Under the pieces are notes generated by a model. That model was not told the DNA's origin. It ran no database searches and saw only the letters and a list, made by a program, of their open reading frames with translations. A stretch of DNA of 58,233 nucleotides, from the NCBI GenBank assembly GCA_051984395.1, contig JBPYEZ010000063.1:1-58233 (forward strand). The letters are read 5' to 3'. The stretch is from Acidimicrobiales bacterium. GTDB taxonomy: Bacteria; Actinomycetota; Acidimicrobiia; Acidimicrobiales; AC-9. Shown here piece after piece: positions 28,127-37,101 of the stretch. Positions within the stretch are counted from its first letter, which is position 1, and each line of letters starts with the position of its first letter. Made by a program: the position numbers and the translations under genes.

Positions 28127-30238
28127 GTGACCGATGGCCCCGGTGTGCCGGTGCGACTCCGCTGGCGGCTGGCGGAGGACGACGGCGGACAGCCGGCGCT
28201 CTTCGGCGACGACGAGCTGTTGGACCGGCACGTGGGCAAGGGGGAGTTCCGGGGCCTGGAGTTCCTCCACGTGAACGCACGCCGGGTGATCAACGAGGTC
28301 CCCGCCGCGTCGCGCATGCCCTTCCGCTACACCATCAACGCCTACCGGGGATGCAGCCATGCCTGTCCGTACTGCGTCGGAGGGGAGACGCCGATCCTCA
28401 TGTCCGACGGGCGTACCCGACCGATCGCCGATCTGCGGGCCGGGGATCTGGTCTACGGCACCAAGCGGGAGGGCAGATATCGCCGCTACGTGACGACACC
28501 CGTGCTCGCCCACTGGTCGACCCGCAAGCCGGCATACCAGGTCGTGCTGGAGGACGGCACCGAGCTCGTAACCAGTGGCGACCACCGGTTATTGACGCAG
28601 CGTGGCTGGAAGCACGTGACCGGCACCCAGAACGGTCGTCTCCGCCGCCCGCACCTGACGCTCAACGACAGGATGGTCGGGACGGGTCGGTTCGCGGCCC
28701 CACCTGAGCACACTCCTGACTACCAGCGAGGGTATCTGTGCGGGCTGATCCGAGGCGATGGCAACCTCAAGACCTACACCTACGAGCGGCCCGGTCGAAC
28801 GAACGGTGACGTGTACCGCTTCCGCCTCGCTCTCACTGATCCCGAGGCGCTTCGGCGCGCCGAGCGCTATCTACTCGACAGGGGAGTTGCCACCCGCTCG
28901 TTCGTGTTCACGGAGGCGGTGGGCGCCCATCGGGCGAGTCACGGCATCCGGACTCAGGCCCGCCTGGCCGTCGCCGCCATTCAGCAAGCGGTCGCCTGGC
29001 CGGCTGTGCCTTCGTCGGACTGGTGTAAAGGGTTTCTGGGGGGGATCTTCGACGCAGAGGGCTCGTACAGCGGCTGCATCCGCATCTCCAACACCGACGA
29101 GGCGATCATCGGACGGACGACGGCGTGTCTGACAGGCCTCGGGTTCGACACGACGGTCGACATGGGCAAACGGCCGCGGGTGAAGTACGTCAGGATTCGT
29201 GGCGGCCTTCGGGAGAATCTGCGCTTCTTTCATACCGTCGACCCGGTCATCACGAGGAAGCGCGTCATCGAGGGAACCGCCCTGAAGAACCGCGCCCCCC
29301 TGAGGGTGGTGTCGGTTCAGGCGCTCGGCGACGAGCTCCCGATGTTCGACATCACGACCGGAACAGGTGACTTCATCGCAAATGGGGTCGTCAGCCACAA
29401 CTGCTTCGCTCGCCCGACCCACGAGTACCTGGGGCTGAACATCGGGGAGGACTTCGACCGGCGGATCGTCGTCAAGGTGAACGCCGTCGAGCGGGTCCGG
29501 GCCGAGCTGGCAGACCACAGGTGGCGAGGAGAGCCCATCGCCATGGGCACCAATACCGACCCCTACCAGCGGGCCGAGGGCAAGTACCGGCTGACGCGCG
29601 GGATCGTCGACGCGCTGGTTGCCGCGGGCAATCCCTTCTCGATCCTCACCAAGTCGACCCTCGTGCTGGGCGACCTCGACCGCCTGGCCGAGGGCGCGAC
29701 GCGAACCAGCGTGAGGGCCAACCTGTCGATCGGCACCCTCGAGGAGTCGGTGTGGCGGACGAGCGAGCCGGGCACACCGCATCCTCGCCAGCGGGTCGCG
29801 GCCGTGGCCCGGCTCAACGAGGCCGGCGTCCCGTGCGGAGTCCTGATCGCGCCGGTGCTGCCCGGTCTCTCTGACCATCCCGACCAGCTGGAGGAGGTCG
29901 TGGACGCGTGCGTCGAGGCGGGCGCCGTCTCGATCTCGACGAATGTCCTTCACCTGCGCCCCGGCGTGCGGCAGCACTACCTGAGCTGGTTGGAGCGGAC
30001 CTATCCGGATCTGCTCGACTCCTATCTGCGCCGCTACCGGGGGAGTGCGTATCTTCCGAGCGCCGAGCAGCGCCAGCTCAGCGGCCTCGTCACCCGCCTG
30101 GTCGACGCCGCCCGGGCCCGTCGGGGCGGCGGCACCCGGTCCCGCAGGACCGATCGGGCGCTCACCCCGAGGGAGTCCCCGCCGAGCCGACCGCGAGCGG
30201 GCGCCCCGCCGCCGGCCCAGCTCGATCTTGGCCTGTGA
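28127..30238 (+). CDS. Rv2578c/SplB-like radical SAM protein, precursor containing an intein
   Basis: The exteins read ...FRYTINAYRGCSHACPY + CFARPTHEYLG...MGTNTDPYQ...ILTKS.... Joining them gives a 360-aa radical SAM protein with the CX3CX2C motif CSHACPYC. Confidence 0.9.
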   Translation: MTDGPGVPVRLRWRLAEDDGGQPALFGDDELLDRHVGKGEFRGLEFLHVNARRVINEVPAASRMPFRYTINAYRGCSHACPYCVGGETPILMSDGRTRPIADLRAGDLVYGTKREGRYRRYVTTPVLAHWSTRKPAYQVVLEDGTELVTSGDHRLLTQRGWKHVTGTQNGRLRRPHLTLNDRMVGTGRFAAPPEHTPDYQRGYLCGLIRGDGNLKTYTYERPGRTNGDVYRFRLALTDPEALRRAERYLLDRGVATRSFVFTEAVGAHRASHGIRTQARLAVAAIQQAVAWPAVPSSDWCKGFLGGIFDAEGSYSGCIRISNTDEAIIGRTTACLTGLGFDTTVDMGKRPRVKYVRIRGGLRENLRFFHTVDPVITRKRVIEGTALKNRAPLRVVSVQALGDELPMFDITTGTGDFIANGVVSHNCFARPTHEYLGLNIGEDFDRRIVVKVNAVERVRAELADHRWRGEPIAMGTNTDPYQRAEGKYRLTRGIVDALVAAGNPFSILTKSTLVLGDLDRLAEGATRTSVRANLSIGTLEESVWRTSEPGTPHPRQRVAAVARLNEAGVPCGVLIAPVLPGLSDHPDQLEEVVDACVEAGAVSISTNVLHLRPGVRQHYLSWLERTYPDLLDSYLRRYRGSAYLPSAEQRQLSGLVTRLVDAARARRGGGTRSRRTDRALTPRESPPSRPRAGAPPPAQLDLGL
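28373..29401 (+). mobile_element. intein (343 aa) with a LAGLIDADG homing endonuclease domain
   Basis: It starts at Cys (CVGGETPILMSDG, block A) and has block B TSGDHRLL. The two LAGLIDADG motifs are YLCGLIRGDGNL and FLGGIFDAEGSY. Blocks F/G read FDITTGTGDFIANGVVSHN and are followed by the +1 Cys. GC is visibly lower and A/T-ending codons (TTA, CTA, GTA, AGA) are more frequent than in the flanks. Confidence 0.9.
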
Positions 30239-30242
30239 CCGT

Positions 30243-31256
30243 CTAGAGCAGTGGCGTCAGCCTGCCGTCGCAGGGGCAGGCGGCATCGCCGAGATGGGCG
30301 ACGCCGTACAGGTCCTCCACCGTGGCCAGCATGCCAGCGTGGTCGACCGGCTGGGTCCACCGCAGCGCGCCAGGCGCCCCCTGGGCGACGACTATGGTGG
30401 CGATACGACCGCCGCGAGCACCGTTGCAACACGATGCACCGGAGGTGCCCTCGTCAAACGTCACGATCACGACCCCGTGGTCCCTGAACCAGCTGGATCC
30501 CAGCACCGGCTCCAGGTTCTTGGCCAACCAGGCGTCCATGATCGCTGTGGAGCAGTCGTGCCCGTCGTCGCAGAGGTCAGGTGTGACCCAGAGGAACGGT
30601 GGGGCGGCTCCGCTGGTGAGATCCCCGGACAGCTCGTTGTAGGGGACGACCCGTTGACAGAGCGCGGGATTGTCGGCCAGGTGCGAGACGTACATGAACG
30701 GATCGTGCTTCTTGGCGTAGGTGCCGTAGGAGACGCCGCGAAAGCACGGCATCGGCATGGCCTCCATGTAGGCCTTCCAACCGATCCCCTTGGCGCCGAG
30801 CTGGTCGACGAGCGTCGAGCCCTCCGTCCGACAGTCGCCGCAGTCCGAGTCGATGCCAAAGGTCGTGCCCGCCAGCAGCTCCAGGTAGTTGGGAAGGCTG
30901 GGATGGGTCGTGGCGAAGGCGTCCTCGGCCGTGCCGAAGCGTCTGGCCAGACCGTTCAGATAGGGCGCCTGGGGGTCGCCGATCACCGAGCTCCGCTCCC
31001 GGTTCTCGAGGACCACGACCATCACGTGGGCGACACCCGCCGGTGTGGCGGTGGACGTCGGGGTGGGCGTCGCTGGCGCGGCGCCGGGGCGGACCGCAGC
31101 GTGTCCAGCGGTGCCGCCACAGGCGGCAGCGACCACCGCCACGCCAATGGCCAGCCAATTTCCACGCCGGCCTCGTCGGCGAGCGATGGAGCTCGGTCGT
31201 GCCCATCGGCCCTGATGGCGCGGCATGACCCATCCTCGCAGCCGATCTTTCGCCAT
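30243..31256 (-). CDS. phosphoesterase-family protein (acid phosphatase/phospholipase C type), secreted or lipoprotein
   Basis: It has an Arg-rich N-terminus and ...AVVAAACGG, then VMVVVLENRERSSV and HPSLPNYLELLAG. M11 at 31226 is an alternative start. Confidence 0.8.
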   Translation of the reverse strand: MAKDRLRGWVMPRHQGRWARPSSIARRRGRRGNWLAIGVAVVAAACGGTAGHAAVRPGAAPATPTPTSTATPAGVAHVMVVVLENRERSSVIGDPQAPYLNGLARRFGTAEDAFATTHPSLPNYLELLAGTTFGIDSDCGDCRTEGSTLVDQLGAKGIGWKAYMEAMPMPCFRGVSYGTYAKKHDPFMYVSHLADNPALCQRVVPYNELSGDLTSGAAPPFLWVTPDLCDDGHDCSTAIMDAWLAKNLEPVLGSSWFRDHGVVIVTFDEGTSGASCCNGARGGRIATIVVAQGAPGALRWTQPVDHAGMLATVEDLYGVAHLGDAACPCDGRLTPLL

Positions 31257-31267
31257 ACTTTTCTCCT

Positions 31268-32605
31268 GTGGCGTCCGAGGACCTAGATACCCGACCCGAC
31301 CTGCGCGCCGACACGCCGTCGCCGCCGGGTCCTCCTCCCGTGGTCCCGCCGCCGCGCGAGCGCCGCCGCGGTCGCCACCGCCGCCGGCCGCGGCTCTGGA
31401 ACGGCGTCTCGACCCGGGGGCGGGCGATTCGGGGCGCCTTGGCCGCCCTGTTGCTGCTCGTCATCACCTGGTTCGGCTGGTCCTTCGGCCACGCCCTGAC
31501 CGTTCCCGGCGGCGCCAGCCTCGGCGCCAACGCCACCGAGTGGGTGCGGGACCACGGGGGCGCCAGCATCGTGCGCTGGGTCGAGCGGGAGTGGTACCTG
31601 CACCACCAGCCCCCGAAGGGCGGCCGCCCGGCGCCGGGCCTCATCCCCTCCGCTGGCTCAGGGACGAAGGCGCCGACCAGCAAGGGTCCCCCGCACCTGC
31701 CACCGCCGGCACCGGTCGTGCCGTTGGCCAGCCCGCCCCTGCCCGGCGAGGGGGACTGGCATCCCATCGGGCGTCCGGTCGGCGGGCTGACGGCCGCGTA
31801 CGCCGCCTACGTCCGCCCCGACCCCGTCCACACCAGCCTCGTCACCGGCGTGGCGTGGATGGACACGGACCTGCTCCGGGCGAAGCTCTACTCGGGATCG
31901 GAGGTTCCTGGCGGCACCTGGCCCACCATGACCCCCGTCGCCCCCGACCTGCGTCCCGCCATGGTGGGCGTCTTCAACTCGGGATTCCGCCTGCAGGACT
32001 CACGCGGCGGTTACTACACCGACGGCCGGCTGGCCAAGCCTCTGGTCGACGGCGCCGCCTCCCTGGTGATCCGGACCGACGGCGTGCCGACGGTCGCCAA
32101 ATGGGGCAGAGATGCCGTGATGGGTCCCGACATCGCCTCGGTCCGCCAGAACCTGGCCCTCATCGTGGACGACGGCACCCCTGTGCCGGGTCTCCAGAGC
32201 GACTCCAACATCGCGTGGGGTGCCACCTTCGGAAACGCCGTCCTCGCCTGGCGTTCGGGCGTTGGCGTCACGGCCAACGGAGGCCTGGTGTACGCCGGAG
32301 GCCCCGGGCTCAGCGTGTACACGCTGGCCCAGGTCCTGGCCCACGCCGGGGCGGTGCGGGCCATGGAGCTGGACATCAACAGCGCCTGGGTGAACTACAT
32401 CTCCTACGCCCAGGCGCCCGGCCTCCCGGCGGCGCCAGAGAACGGCACCAAGCTGCTCCCCGGCATGCAGTGGACGACGGCGCACAGCTTCGACGCCAGC
32501 ACCCGCGACTCGGTCGTCATGTCGGCGACGCCGGGAGCGGATGCGCTGGCCAACCGGCCCACTCCCACGACGGCCACACCGACGACACGACCCGCACATA
32601 GGTGA
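31268..32605 (+). CDS. phosphodiester glycosidase (DUF2233) family membrane-anchored protein
   Basis: It has an N-terminal Pro/Arg-rich tail and a TM helix (ALAALLLLVITWFGW). The C-terminal domain reads GVFNSGF...GGYYTDG...AWRSGVGVTANGGLVYAGG...RAMELDIN. Confidence 0.75.
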   Translation: MASEDLDTRPDLRADTPSPPGPPPVVPPPRERRRGRHRRRPRLWNGVSTRGRAIRGALAALLLLVITWFGWSFGHALTVPGGASLGANATEWVRDHGGASIVRWVEREWYLHHQPPKGGRPAPGLIPSAGSGTKAPTSKGPPHLPPPAPVVPLASPPLPGEGDWHPIGRPVGGLTAAYAAYVRPDPVHTSLVTGVAWMDTDLLRAKLYSGSEVPGGTWPTMTPVAPDLRPAMVGVFNSGFRLQDSRGGYYTDGRLAKPLVDGAASLVIRTDGVPTVAKWGRDAVMGPDIASVRQNLALIVDDGTPVPGLQSDSNIAWGATFGNAVLAWRSGVGVTANGGLVYAGGPGLSVYTLAQVLAHAGAVRAMELDINSAWVNYISYAQAPGLPAAPENGTKLLPGMQWTTAHSFDASTRDSVVMSATPGADALANRPTPTTATPTTRPAHR

Positions 32606-33378
32606 GCGAGCCCACGCTCGCGCCGCTCGACAGGTTCCGCCTCGACGGGCGGGTCGTCCTCCTCACGGGAGCATCCAGCGGGATCGGGGAGCACCTGGCC
32701 CGTGTCCTGCACGGCGCCGGCGCCGAGCTGGTGCTGGCGGCGCGACGAGCTGATCGCCTCGAGGTCCTGGCGGACGAGCTCGGTGGCGCCCTGGCGGTTC
32801 CCTGTGACGTGGGTCGGGACGAGGACCTGGCCCGCCTCGTCGAACTGGCCCTCGACCGCCACGACCGCATCGACGTGCTGGTGAACAACGCCGGTACCGC
32901 CGACCCGATGCCGGCCGAGGAGGAGCCCGCCGAGCGCTTTCGGGAGGTGCTGACGGTCAATCTCTCCGCTGCCTTCGTCCTCACCCAGCTCGTGGGGCGT
33001 CAGATGCTCGAACGGGCCAGCGGCGTGGTGGTCAACGTGGCCTCGGTGCTCGGGCTGGTGGGGTCGGGCCAGATTCCTCAGGCCGGCTACGTCGCCAGCA
33101 AGGGGGGCCTGGTGAACCTCACCCGGGAGCTGGCTGCCCAGTGGGCCCGTCGAGGCGTGCGCGTGAACGCGCTGGCGCCGGGATGGTTCCGTACTGAGAT
33201 GACCGAGATGATGTTCGCCGACGAGGGTGGTCGGCGATGGATCAGGCGCAAGACCCCGATGGGCCGGGCCGGCGACCTGCACGAGCTCGACGGCGCCCTG
33301 CTCTTCCTGGCCAGCGACGCCAGCAGCTACGTCACCGGCCAGGTGCTCACCGTCGACGGGGGATGGACCGCCATCTGA
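32602..33378 (+). CDS. short-chain dehydrogenase/reductase (FabG-like)
   Basis: It reads VLLTGASSGIG, NNAG, a YVASKGG catalytic Y-x3-K, and GQVLTVDGGW. Confidence 0.9.
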   Translation: MSEPTLAPLDRFRLDGRVVLLTGASSGIGEHLARVLHGAGAELVLAARRADRLEVLADELGGALAVPCDVGRDEDLARLVELALDRHDRIDVLVNNAGTADPMPAEEEPAERFREVLTVNLSAAFVLTQLVGRQMLERASGVVVNVASVLGLVGSGQIPQAGYVASKGGLVNLTRELAAQWARRGVRVNALAPGWFRTEMTEMMFADEGGRRWIRRKTPMGRAGDLHELDGALLFLASDASSYVTGQVLTVDGGWTAI

Positions 33379-33403
33379 GGCGCGGCGTGGTCGGCGGTGT
33401 CCG

Positions 33404-34348
33404 TCAGCCCTCCGTGAGCACGACCACCTTGCCCAGCTTGCCGGGAGCAGCGAAGCGGTCGTAGGCCTCGGTCACCTGCTCGAGGGCGAAGCGAGCGGCG
33501 ATCGGCACCTGCAGCCGACCTGCCGCCAACAGGGGAAGAGCCTGGCGCTCGAGTCGTCTCGCGGCGTCGGCCTTGCCCTCGAGCGGACGAGCCCGCAGCG
33601 TGGAGGCGACGATGTGGCCCCGTACCATCATCAGGACGCGCAGGTCGACCTCGGCGGTGGCGCCGGCCCCGACGCCGATGATGCTGATGCGGCCACCGAC
33701 GGCGAGCGACGCCAGGTTGGCGGCCATGTTGGTCCCGCCCACCAGCTCGAGCACGACGTCGAACGGCCCGCGCGCCGCGAACTCGTCGGTGCCGACCACC
33801 TCGGCGCCGAGGGCTGCCACCGCCGAATGCAGCTCGGCGCGCCGCACGGTGGCCGTGACCCGTGCGCCTCCGGCCGCAGCCAGCTGCACGGCCGCCGTGC
33901 CCACGCCACCGGCAGCGCCATGGACGAGAACGTGCTCGCCCAGGGTCAGCTGGCACTGGGTGAACATGGCGTCGTGCGCGGTGGTGAAGGCCTCGGGGAA
34001 GGCGCCGGCGGCGTCCCAGCCCATGGTGTCGGGGACGGGCAGCGCCGTCCGCTCGTGGACGAGGACGAGCTCGGCCTGGGCGCCTCCGCCGACGACCGCC
34101 ATGACGCGGTCCCCGGGCGCGAACCGCTCGACGTCAGGTCCCACGTCCACGACCTCGCCCGCCAGCTCCAGACCGGGTATGTCGCTCGGGCTGCCGGGGG
34201 GCGCGGGGTAGGCGCCCTTGACCTGAAGGAGGTCGGCGGCGTTGACGCCCGCGGCCCGCGTCCGCACGAGAAGCTGGCCGGTGGCAGGCACCGGATCGGG
34301 CCGGTCGGCGACGACCAGGGCGCCGCCGGTGATCGTCGCCGCCCTCAC
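33404..34348 (-). CDS. NADPH:quinone oxidoreductase / zeta-crystallin-type medium-chain dehydrogenase
   Basis: It reads VRTRAAGVNAADL...G.YP, VLVHGAAGGVGTAAVQLA and GKVVL. Confidence 0.9.
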   Translation of the reverse strand: MRAATITGGALVVADRPDPVPATGQLLVRTRAAGVNAADLLQVKGAYPAPPGSPSDIPGLELAGEVVDVGPDVERFAPGDRVMAVVGGGAQAELVLVHERTALPVPDTMGWDAAGAFPEAFTTAHDAMFTQCQLTLGEHVLVHGAAGGVGTAAVQLAAAGGARVTATVRRAELHSAVAALGAEVVGTDEFAARGPFDVVLELVGGTNMAANLASLAVGGRISIIGVGAGATAEVDLRVLMMVRGHIVASTLRARPLEGKADAARRLERQALPLLAAGRLQVPIAARFALEQVTEAYDRFAAPGKLGKVVVLTEG

Positions 34349-34377
34349 GTTGTCAGTCTCTCAGCAGCGGCGTACCG

Positions 34378-35478
34378 CTACCGAACCCGACCGGCCCCGT
34401 AGTACCCGCTGCGGATGGCGGGCTGGTAGGAGACAGTGGTGCCAGTGTGGTCGGCCACGACCATCTGCCCGTTGCCCACGTAGATGCCCACGTGACCAGG
34501 TGCAGGCGACTGGCCGCCGTAGTTCTCGAAGATCAGGTCCCCAGGTTGCAGGTCGCTCTGGGAGATCCGGGTCGTGACGTCGTACTGCTCGTTCGAGGAA
34601 TGGGGCAGCGACACGCCGGCATGCTCCCAGGCCCACATGGTGAGGCCCGAGCAGTCGAAGGAGTCCGGTCCGGCTCCTCCGTACTGGTAGGGCTTTCCGA
34701 TCTCCTGTTCTGCCCAGTACACGGCTGCCGACGCTCCGCCGTTGGACGGCGGGGCCGGCCCGGTGGCCGCGCCGGTCACGTGGGATGTCGAGCTGGCGGC
34801 GAGCGCCTGGGCGGCCTGGCGCTGCTGCTGGGCCTGGGCCACGAGGCCGACGAGCTGGCCCTTCACCCGGGACAGGGTCGCTTCTTCGGCCGCCGTCTCG
34901 GCGGCTGCGGCCCGGTCGGCGCTGGCCACCGAGGCCAGGGCGGCCTGGGCGTTCTGCTGGTCCTGCTCGAGGGCGGCCTGCCGGGCCTGCAAGGCGTGCC
35001 GGGCCTGACGCAGGCGGCCCACGACCTGGTGCTGGTCGCCCGCCAGCGCGTCGACGTACTGCTGGCGCAGGAGAGCGTCGTAGCGGGCGCCGGTCAGCAC
35101 ATCGGTCGACTGAGCGGTGCCTCCGTCCATGAAGGAGCTGACGGCGTCCTGACGCAGATGGTCATCGATCGCGCTCACCTGCTGCTCGTTGTCGGTCACC
35201 TGGGCTCGCGCCGCTGCCACCTGGGCCGACACCGAGTCTGCCCGGATCCGGGCCAGGTCGTACTCCTCGGTGAGATGGTCCTGCTGCGCGTTCTCGGCGT
35301 CGATCTGGGCGGCCAGGGCGCTGGCCTGAGCTTGCAGGTCTCCTGCTGCATCCCCGGCTGCAGGCTTGGCTCCGGCCGCCAGGGGGTAGGCGACCACGGT
35401 CAGAGCGGCAGCGGCAAGGGCGAGAGAACGACGCCACGGCGCAGTCGTCGCCGGCGCGATCCGTGGGGCGAGGCGCAC
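34378..35478 (-). CDS. secreted NlpC/P60 peptidoglycan endopeptidase with a long N-terminal coiled coil (RipA-like architecture)
   Basis: It has a signal peptide and an Ala/Gln-rich coiled coil. The C-terminus reads [24 protein letters not shown]...GDLIF...[14 protein letters not shown], containing the catalytic Cys and His. Confidence 0.9.
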   Translation of the reverse strand: MRLAPRIAPATTAPWRRSLALAAAALTVVAYPLAAGAKPAAGDAAGDLQAQASALAAQIDAENAQQDHLTEEYDLARIRADSVSAQVAAARAQVTDNEQQVSAIDDHLRQDAVSSFMDGGTAQSTDVLTGARYDALLRQQYVDALAGDQHQVVGRLRQARHALQARQAALEQDQQNAQAALASVASADRAAAAETAAEEATLSRVKGQLVGLVAQAQQQRQAAQALAASSTSHVTGAATGPAPPSNGGASAAVYWAEQEIGKPYQYGGAGPDSFDCSGLTMWAWEHAGVSLPHSSNEQYDVTTRISQSDLQPGDLIFENYGGQSPAPGHVGIYVGNGQMVVADHTGTTVSYQPAIRSGYYGAGRVR

Positions 35479-35481
35479 AAC

Positions 35482-35592
35482 GGGTCAGCAACCTACGAGG
35501 CCGCTGTCTCGTGATGCAAACCGCCCTCAAGCAGTTTCGCCTGATGAGCCGGTTCCTCACCTAGCAAAGCCCGGGACCCCGGTGCTTACACC
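35482..35592 (-). promoter_or_regulatory. candidate ydaO-type (cyclic-di-AMP) riboswitch in the 5' leader of the NlpC/P60 gene
   Basis: The minus-strand RNA reads ...GCACCGGGGUCCCGGGC...GGUGAGGAACCGGCU...GAGGGCGG...CACGAGACAGCGGCCUCGUAGGUUGC, followed by the GUG start. The order and sequence resemble the conserved ydaO blocks (ACGGGGACCC / GGUGAAUC / GGGG / CCGACAGCUAACCUCGUAAGC). This was aligned by eye only. Confidence 0.4.
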
Positions 35593-35623
35593 CAGGTCAA
35601 CGCTCGGCGCTACCGTCCCGAGC

Positions 35624-37024
35624 ATGAGTGACATGTCAGCCGCTGGTGAGGACAGGATCGAGCACGACTCGATGGGGGAGGTCAGGGTTCCGGCGGCCGC
35701 CCGGTGGGGGGCCCAGACCCAGCGGGCGGTCGAGAACTTCCCCATCTCGGGGATGCGCATCGATCGCTCGTTGATCGCCGCCCTGGCGGCCATCAAAGCG
35801 GCGGCAGCCAGGGTCAACGGTCGCCTCGGGATCATCGACGCCGACGTGGCCGAGGCTCTCCAGCAGGCGGCCGGCGAGGTGGAAGCAGGCCGGTGGGACG
35901 ACCACTTCCCGGCGGACGTGTTCCAGACGGGATCCGGCACCTCCTCGAACATGAACATGAACGAGGTCCTGGCCAATCTGGCCGGCGAGCGGCTGGGCCG
36001 CGAGGTCCGACCGAACGACGAGCCGAACGCCTCGCAGTCCTCCAACGACGTGTTCCCGTCCGCCATCCACGTCGCCGCCTGCCGCGGGATCGTCTCCGAG
36101 CTCGTGCCCGCTCTCGAGCACCTGCGCGAGGTCCTGCGGGAGCGCAGCCGCCGGTTCGCCCGCGTGGTGAAAGCTGGTCGGACCCACTTGATGGATGCAA
36201 CCCCGGTGACGCTCGGGCAGGAGCTCGGCGGCTATGCATCGGCCATGGAGAACGGTGTCGGCCGCCTGCGCGACTGCCTGCCGCGCGTCGGCGAGCTTCC
36301 GCTCGGCGGGACCGCCGTGGGGACCGGCCTCAACGCCCCCGAAGGTTTCGCGTCAGCGGTGGTCGACGAGCTGGCCACCACGCTGGGCCTGCCCCTGACC
36401 GAGGCACGCGACCATTTCGAGGTCCAGGGCACCCGTGATGCCCTGGTGGAGGCGTCGGGAGTGCTGCGCACGGTGGCCGTGTCGCTCTACAAGATCTGCA
36501 ACGACCTGCGATGGATGGCGAGCGGGCCCCGGACCGGGTTGGCGGAGATCCGGCTACCCGACCTGCAACCCGGGTCCTCGATCATGCCCGGGAAGGTCAA
36601 TCCCGTCGTGCCAGAGGCAGTCTGCCAGGTCGTCGCCCAGGTGGTCGGAAACGACGCCGCCGTCGCCTTCGGAGGCGCCGCCGGGAACTTCGAGCTCAAC
36701 GTCATGCTTCCGGTGATCGCCCGCAACCTCCTCGAGTCCGTGCGCCTGCTGACCGCTGCCAGCCGGTCCCTCGCCGACAAGTGCATCGCCGGCATCGAAG
36801 CCGACGAGGAGCGCTGCCGGACCAATGCTCTGTCGTCGCCGGCCATCGCCACGGCCCTCAATCCCTACATCGGCTACGAGCAGGCGGCCAAGGTGGTGAA
36901 GCAGGCGATGGCCGAGAACAAGGACCTGCGCACCGTCGTGCTCGAGCTCGGACTGCTGTCCGAGGACGAGGTCGACAAGGCGCTCGACGTCGAGGCCATG
37001 ACCCGAGGCGGCATCCTGCGTTAG
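35624..37024 (+). CDS. fumC: class II fumarate hydratase
   Basis: ATG at 35624. It reads [12 protein letters not shown]...[19 protein letters not shown] and the [12 protein letters not shown] signature. Confidence 0.92.
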   Translation: MSDMSAAGEDRIEHDSMGEVRVPAAARWGAQTQRAVENFPISGMRIDRSLIAALAAIKAAAARVNGRLGIIDADVAEALQQAAGEVEAGRWDDHFPADVFQTGSGTSSNMNMNEVLANLAGERLGREVRPNDEPNASQSSNDVFPSAIHVAACRGIVSELVPALEHLREVLRERSRRFARVVKAGRTHLMDATPVTLGQELGGYASAMENGVGRLRDCLPRVGELPLGGTAVGTGLNAPEGFASAVVDELATTLGLPLTEARDHFEVQGTRDALVEASGVLRTVAVSLYKICNDLRWMASGPRTGLAEIRLPDLQPGSSIMPGKVNPVVPEAVCQVVAQVVGNDAAVAFGGAAGNFELNVMLPVIARNLLESVRLLTAASRSLADKCIAGIEADEERCRTNALSSPAIATALNPYIGYEQAAKVVKQAMAENKDLRTVVLELGLLSEDEVDKALDVEAMTRGGILR

Positions 37025-37101
37025 CGCGGGTTCGCCTGGTGATCGGCCCCTGGGATCCAACGCTCGGGGGCTCACGGGTACCCGTTGGTAAGGTCGCCGG
37101 G

